NCBI GenBank assembly: GCA_963699755.1
Contig: CAVOVB010000007.1
Location: 352,001 to 416,000 of the forward strand
Direction: 5' to 3'
From: an uncultured delta proteobacterium
Lineage (GTDB): Bacteria; Myxococcota_A; Polyangia; Polyangiales; Houyiibacteriaceae
DNA length: 64,000 nucleotides
Shown here: positions 59,772-64,000 of the stretch, one piece after another
Position numbering within the stretch: the first letter of the stretch is position 1
Layout of the letters: every line of letters begins with the position of its first letter
The notes under the pieces: model-generated
What the model was told of the DNA's origin: nothing
The model's input: the letters and a program-made list of their open reading frames with translations, nothing else
The model's database searches: none
Position numbers and translations under genes: made by a program

Positions 59772-61212
59772 GGACCCAGGTATCCTTCGTGCCACCGCCC
59801 TGCGACGAGTTCACGACCAAAGAGCCCTTGCGGAGCGCCACGCGCGTCAGTCCTCCCGGCAACACCCAGCTCTCCTTGCCCGTCACGATGTATGGGCGCA
59901 GGTCGACGTGACGTGGCTCGATGGTTTGGCCGATCAGGGTCGGGCAGACCGATAGGTCGATGACCGGCTGGCTGATGTAGTTGGCGGGGTTGCCCTCGAT
60001 CCGCGCACGGCACTCTGCGAGCTGCTCTCGGCTCGACTTGGGTCCAACGACCACCCCGTAGCCTCCCGATTCCCCGACCGGCTTGACGACGAGCTTGTCC
60101 AGATTGGCCAGGGTGTAGGCGAGGCCGTCGGGCTCACGGCAGAGGTGCGTTTCGACGTTCTGGAGAATGGGCTCCTCGTCCAGGTAGTAGCGAATGATTC
60201 GCGGCATGTACGCGTAGATCGCTTTGTCGTCCGCCACGCCGGTGCCGACCGCGTTGGCGAGTGACACATGGCCGGCCCGGTACACCCTGAACAGGCCCCG
60301 TACGCCCAGCAGGCTCTCCGGATTGAACTGCTCTGGATCGATGAACGCGTCGTCGACTCGTCTGTAGATGACGTCGACCCGGCGCAGCCCACCGGTCGTT
60401 TTCATGAACACGTACCCTTCGTCCACGACCAGATCCCGACCTTCGACGAGGGGAACACCCATCTCCCGAGCCAAAAAAACATGCTCGAAGTATGCCGAGT
60501 TGAATACCCCAGGTGACATGAGCACGATCTTGGGCTCGGATGCCTCTGGCGGTGCGATCTCGGCCAGTGCAGCTCGAAGGTGCATTCCGTAATCCGACAC
60601 CTGACGCAAGCCGATGTTGTCGGTCAAGTCGGGAAAGGCGCGGAGCATCAAATGCCGATTCTCGACGACATACGAAACGCCCGACGGCGTTCGGGCGTTG
60701 TCTTCGAGCACGCGGAAGACACCTTGGCCGTCTCGAACCAAGTCGGTTCCGCAGATGCTCACATAGGTGTTGTAGGGCAAATCGAGGCCTTGCATCTCCG
60801 GCCGAAAATTTCCGTTTTTCAACACCAACTCGGCGGGCACCGTGCCATCTTTGAGGATGCGCTGATCGTGATAGACGTCGTACAAGAAGTGATTGAGCGC
60901 CGACACGCGCTGCACGCAACCGCTCTCGATCTGCCGCCAGTCGTCGCTCGAGATCACCCGCGGAATGACGTCGAACGGAAGGACTCGATCGATCGCGTTT
61001 CGGTCGTCGTAAACCGTAAACGTAATCCCGAGGTTATACAGCTCGCGATCGCTGGCTTGGGCGCGCCGGCGGAGGGCTGAAATTTTCATGCCTTGCATGC
61101 GATCTCGCATCCGCTCCGCGTGGAGGGCGGGCTTGGCTTCGCTCCCGAGCATCTCACAGAAGAAGCCACCTGGATCGTAACTCGAAAACAGACCGCTTGT
61201 GGAATCAGCCAA
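59764..61212 (-). CDS. Circularly permuted type 2 ATP-grasp protein
   Basis: GITFTVY, VLEDNARTPSGVSY, NSAYFEH, VIYRRVDD, VVNSSQGGGTKDTWV. Confidence 0.93.
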   Translation of the reverse strand: MADSTSGLFSSYDPGGFFCEMLGSEAKPALHAERMRDRMQGMKISALRRRAQASDRELYNLGITFTVYDDRNAIDRVLPFDVIPRVISSDDWRQIESGCVQRVSALNHFLYDVYHDQRILKDGTVPAELVLKNGNFRPEMQGLDLPYNTYVSICGTDLVRDGQGVFRVLEDNARTPSGVSYVVENRHLMLRAFPDLTDNIGLRQVSDYGMHLRAALAEIAPPEASEPKIVLMSPGVFNSAYFEHVFLAREMGVPLVEGRDLVVDEGYVFMKTTGGLRRVDVIYRRVDDAFIDPEQFNPESLLGVRGLFRVYRAGHVSLANAVGTGVADDKAIYAYMPRIIRYYLDEEPILQNVETHLCREPDGLAYTLANLDKLVVKPVGESGGYGVVVGPKSSREQLAECRARIEGNPANYISQPVIDLSVCPTLIGQTIEPRHVDLRPYIVTGKESWVLPGGLTRVALRKGSLVVNSSQGGGTKDTWVLE

Positions 61213-61327
61213 GGATCCTCTGCACTCCCCCCGTGATCAAGGGTACATATGTCAGGGTTGGGACCAGCTAGCAAGCCACGTCGCGGTCGAGTGTGGCGCT
61301 AGCACGTTGCGCCTCACGGAGCTCTCC

Positions 61328-62503
61328 TCAGAAGATGCGGACACCAAGCGCGGCCAGCACGGCGATGTACGTGGAGTCCTCCAACCAGACCGCCGGGAAG
61401 CCCCAGCTGCCGCGGATGTTGACCTGGTACCGGCCGGCGGGACCAAAGCGTAGATCGCCGAACACGGTGAGGCCGCCGGCGCCACCGTAGCTGTTGAGCG
61501 CGCCGACCCGATAGACGTCGTTGAAGGCGCCGCCGGCCACCAAAAGCCCGAACTCGTGTTGCGAGCTTTCCTTGGCTTTGAGATGAAGGCCCAGCTGGCC
61601 GGCAAGGAGCCGTTCGCTGATCAGTCCGGGCCAAGGGAGACCGGGCACCGGAGTCACGTACGGGCTGGCGCCGCCGATGCGCTGGCGCGAGATGTCGTCT
61701 TGTCTCCAGCCGTAGTTGCCCCATTCGTCGAGCTGAAGCCGGACGAATGGCCCCAGCTGCCAGCCGGCCTTGAGCCATTGGGCCACGCTATAAATGAGTT
61801 TGCCCGGATCGTTTCGACCGTCCGAAAGGCCCCAGGGCCGTACATCGGACCGCAGGTTGAGCCCGCCGTCGATCCCCACGGCGATGCCCGTGATGCGCGG
61901 GAACACGCGGTGGCTTTCCCACTCCTCGCCAGGCGCGTCGATCTTCCAGAAGTTGTATCCGATCCGCGGCTCGAAGACCCAGGTGTTGGGCGGGAGCGCG
62001 AAGTCTGGCGAGGTGGAGGTCCGATCGCCAAACCACCAATACCGGACGGGCGCAAGGATCTCGATCGTTTGGTGCTTGCCCGGATACCACTGCAACTTCG
62101 TGTGCAGGAGCGCGTAGCTCGCCTTGATCCCGTACTCGTTGTACCGGCGGCCCTGCTGGTAGTAGTCGTTGAGCAGCTGCGAAATCACGGCCTCGCCCTC
62201 GAGGAAGGCGAAGAACGCGAGCTTGCCATGGGCGAACGATAGCCTCTCGATCCCCACATGGGCCTTGGTCGTGTTGTAAAAGAGGTGAAGGTTGCCGCCA
62301 CCGACGATGCCTTCCCCGACGCTGTCGAAGCCGGCCCAACCGTGCCCGCTGAGCTGGTTGTTGAGGCCCGGCGCGAAGTTGATCTCCCCACCCCCGAGCA
62401 CGCCGGCATGCCATGTTTCGGGTTCAGCCCTGCCGACGGCGGGCAAGCCCGCTGCCACGATGGCTACGAGGGCGACGACCGCCGCCATAGACCTGCATCT
62501 CAT
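61328..62503 (-). CDS. Putative outer-membrane beta-barrel protein
   Basis: Signal peptide, Gly/aromatic beta strands, C-terminal Phe (LGVRIF). Confidence 0.7.
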   Translation of the reverse strand: MRCRSMAAVVALVAIVAAGLPAVGRAEPETWHAGVLGGGEINFAPGLNNQLSGHGWAGFDSVGEGIVGGGNLHLFYNTTKAHVGIERLSFAHGKLAFFAFLEGEAVISQLLNDYYQQGRRYNEYGIKASYALLHTKLQWYPGKHQTIEILAPVRYWWFGDRTSTSPDFALPPNTWVFEPRIGYNFWKIDAPGEEWESHRVFPRITGIAVGIDGGLNLRSDVRPWGLSDGRNDPGKLIYSVAQWLKAGWQLGPFVRLQLDEWGNYGWRQDDISRQRIGGASPYVTPVPGLPWPGLISERLLAGQLGLHLKAKESSQHEFGLLVAGGAFNDVYRVGALNSYGGAGGLTVFGDLRFGPAGRYQVNIRGSWGFPAVWLEDSTYIAVLAALGVRIF

Positions 62504-62570
62504 GACTGCTCCGTACTCGCAAGAGCGGGACGTGCCAGCCGACCGACCCCGCACGTGCTACCTGCACCGG

Positions 62571-63953
62571 ATGTGGTTCTCGGGCTCACCCTCGACCAGA
62601 CAGCGAGCTCGTGGTCGGAATGATTTCGGCGCGAAGCAGGCCGCGCTGGTAGCGACCCTCGTCCTCGCGGGCTGCCCTTCGAAGCGCGCCGAGCCGCTTG
62701 AAGAGGCGCCGCGCGACCCGCTCATCGATCGGGCGATGGCGTTCTATGAAACCCGCGCGTCCTACGAGCAGCCGGTCGTCGCGACGGCGGTCCCCAAGGG
62801 CCTGACCGACTTGCGCGCCGAGACCTGCGGCGCCTGCCATCAGGAGATTTACCAAGAATGGGCCGTGAGCACGCATAGGCGCGCCTGGCTCGACGACGCC
62901 CAGTTTCAAAAAGAGCTCGCAAAATCGAGGGGCGCCGACGACCCGGCGCGAGGGGACGTGAGCTGGTTATGCGTCAACTGCCACACGCCCGTCGTCGCAC
63001 AGCTGGAGAAGCTCGTCGTGGGTTTGACCGACGGACGGATCGAGCGACCCGAGTACGTGATGAACCCGACCTTCGACGAGGCGTTGCAGCGCGACGCGGT
63101 CACCTGCGCAACCTGCCACGTTCGTGATGGCATCGTCTACGGCCCGTACGGGGACAGCCAGGCACCCCACCCCACGGCTAAGGACGGAGACCTCTTGAAG
63201 GTCGAGGTCTGCACGCGATGCCATCAGGCCGAGCGCCTCTACACCTCGGAAAACCTCGGATGCTTCTTCAGCACGGGACGCGAGTGGGCCGCGTCGAGCT
63301 ACGCAGAGGCCGGCCAAACCTGCCAGAGCTGTCACATGCCCGAGGTCGAACGGAAGCTCGCTGCCGGCTTCGATACCCCCGTCCGCAAGACCCGGCGGCA
63401 CTGGTTCGGAGGGTCGCTCATCCCCAAAAAGCCGGAGTACGAAGCGGAGATCGCGCCACTACGAGAGATCTACGGCAACGGCCTGACCATCACGACGCAG
63501 CCGGTCACCGCAGAGCTCCGCGCCCTAGCCAAAGAGGCGCCGGCCCTCGCGGCTCAGGACCAGGCTCTGGCAGCGAAGAACACTCGCATCTGTCGACGAT
63601 GCAAGAGCGAGCTCGCCATCGTCATCGCAAACGACCGGGCCGGACACTACATGCCGAGCGGCGATCCCGAGCGCCACGTCGACGTGGAAGTCACGGTGCG
63701 ACGTGGCAGCAAGGTCGTTGGACGCGCATGGACACGGCTCGGTTCACGCTACGCCTGGTGGCCCGAGGTCACGCTGCTCGCCGATACCCGCATCCCGCCT
63801 GGTCAAAGGCGGGTGCTGGTCGTGCGCGTTCCGTCCGACGGAGAGGTGGAGGTCATCGCCATCAAGGCGCGGATGTACGAGGAGGCGTTCGAATACCATC
63901 AGCTCGAGGGGAGCTACGTCCGTGCCCGCGAGTTTTTCCGGAAAACATTCTGA
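62571..63953 (+). CDS. Multiheme c-type cytochrome lipoprotein
   Basis: LVLAGC lipobox; CGACH, CVNCH, CATCH, CTRCH, CQSCH plus a CRRCK; start uncertain. Confidence 0.88.
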   Translation: MWFSGSPSTRQRARGRNDFGAKQAALVATLVLAGCPSKRAEPLEEAPRDPLIDRAMAFYETRASYEQPVVATAVPKGLTDLRAETCGACHQEIYQEWAVSTHRRAWLDDAQFQKELAKSRGADDPARGDVSWLCVNCHTPVVAQLEKLVVGLTDGRIERPEYVMNPTFDEALQRDAVTCATCHVRDGIVYGPYGDSQAPHPTAKDGDLLKVEVCTRCHQAERLYTSENLGCFFSTGREWAASSYAEAGQTCQSCHMPEVERKLAAGFDTPVRKTRRHWFGGSLIPKKPEYEAEIAPLREIYGNGLTITTQPVTAELRALAKEAPALAAQDQALAAKNTRICRRCKSELAIVIANDRAGHYMPSGDPERHVDVEVTVRRGSKVVGRAWTRLGSRYAWWPEVTLLADTRIPPGQRRVLVVRVPSDGEVEVIAIKARMYEEAFEYHQLEGSYVRAREFFRKTF

Positions 63954-64000
63954 TGAACGACATGAGCGGAGGCTCGAGGCCGACCTAGACTCCGAAGCGC

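Overview
GC-rich bacterial chromosome segment with about 70 tightly packed CDS. It is most consistent with a myxobacterium (Myxococcota, probably Polyangiales-like), inferred from Gly-rich GTGG-linker lipoproteins, PEGA proteins, a eukaryote-like Ser/Thr kinase, a vWA lipoprotein and a bactofilin. Most genes are housekeeping: comEA, miaE, hisG, murA, NAD kinase, era-der, rlmN-like, rsmE-prmA, ATP synthase genes, rnc, rhomboid, MATE and type II glutamine synthetase. I found no rRNA, intact tRNA, CRISPR array, integrase or transposase. The most notable items are: (1) a signalling-like locus at 19.1-25.3 kb, with a multi-pass membrane sigma54-activator homologue whose ATPase and GAFTGA motifs are all degenerate, flanked by two paralogous HEAT-repeat proteins; (2) ATP synthase genes split into divergent atpF'FHAG and atpDC blocks, a ~44-aa insertion in AtpA, and a structured, possibly switch-like leader with a 15-bp palindrome; (3) degenerate homologues and gene relics (SdhC-like, PIN-like, an in-frame collapsed transaldolase, an acyl-CoA dehydrogenase fragment, and a truncated receiver beside a tRNA-Pro 3'-end scar); (4) a PolX-like HhH protein without a polymerase domain, an ATP-grasp/alpha-E pair, and a multiheme lipoprotein divergent from a beta-barrel gene. 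All calls come from reading motifs by eye; no database searches were run.
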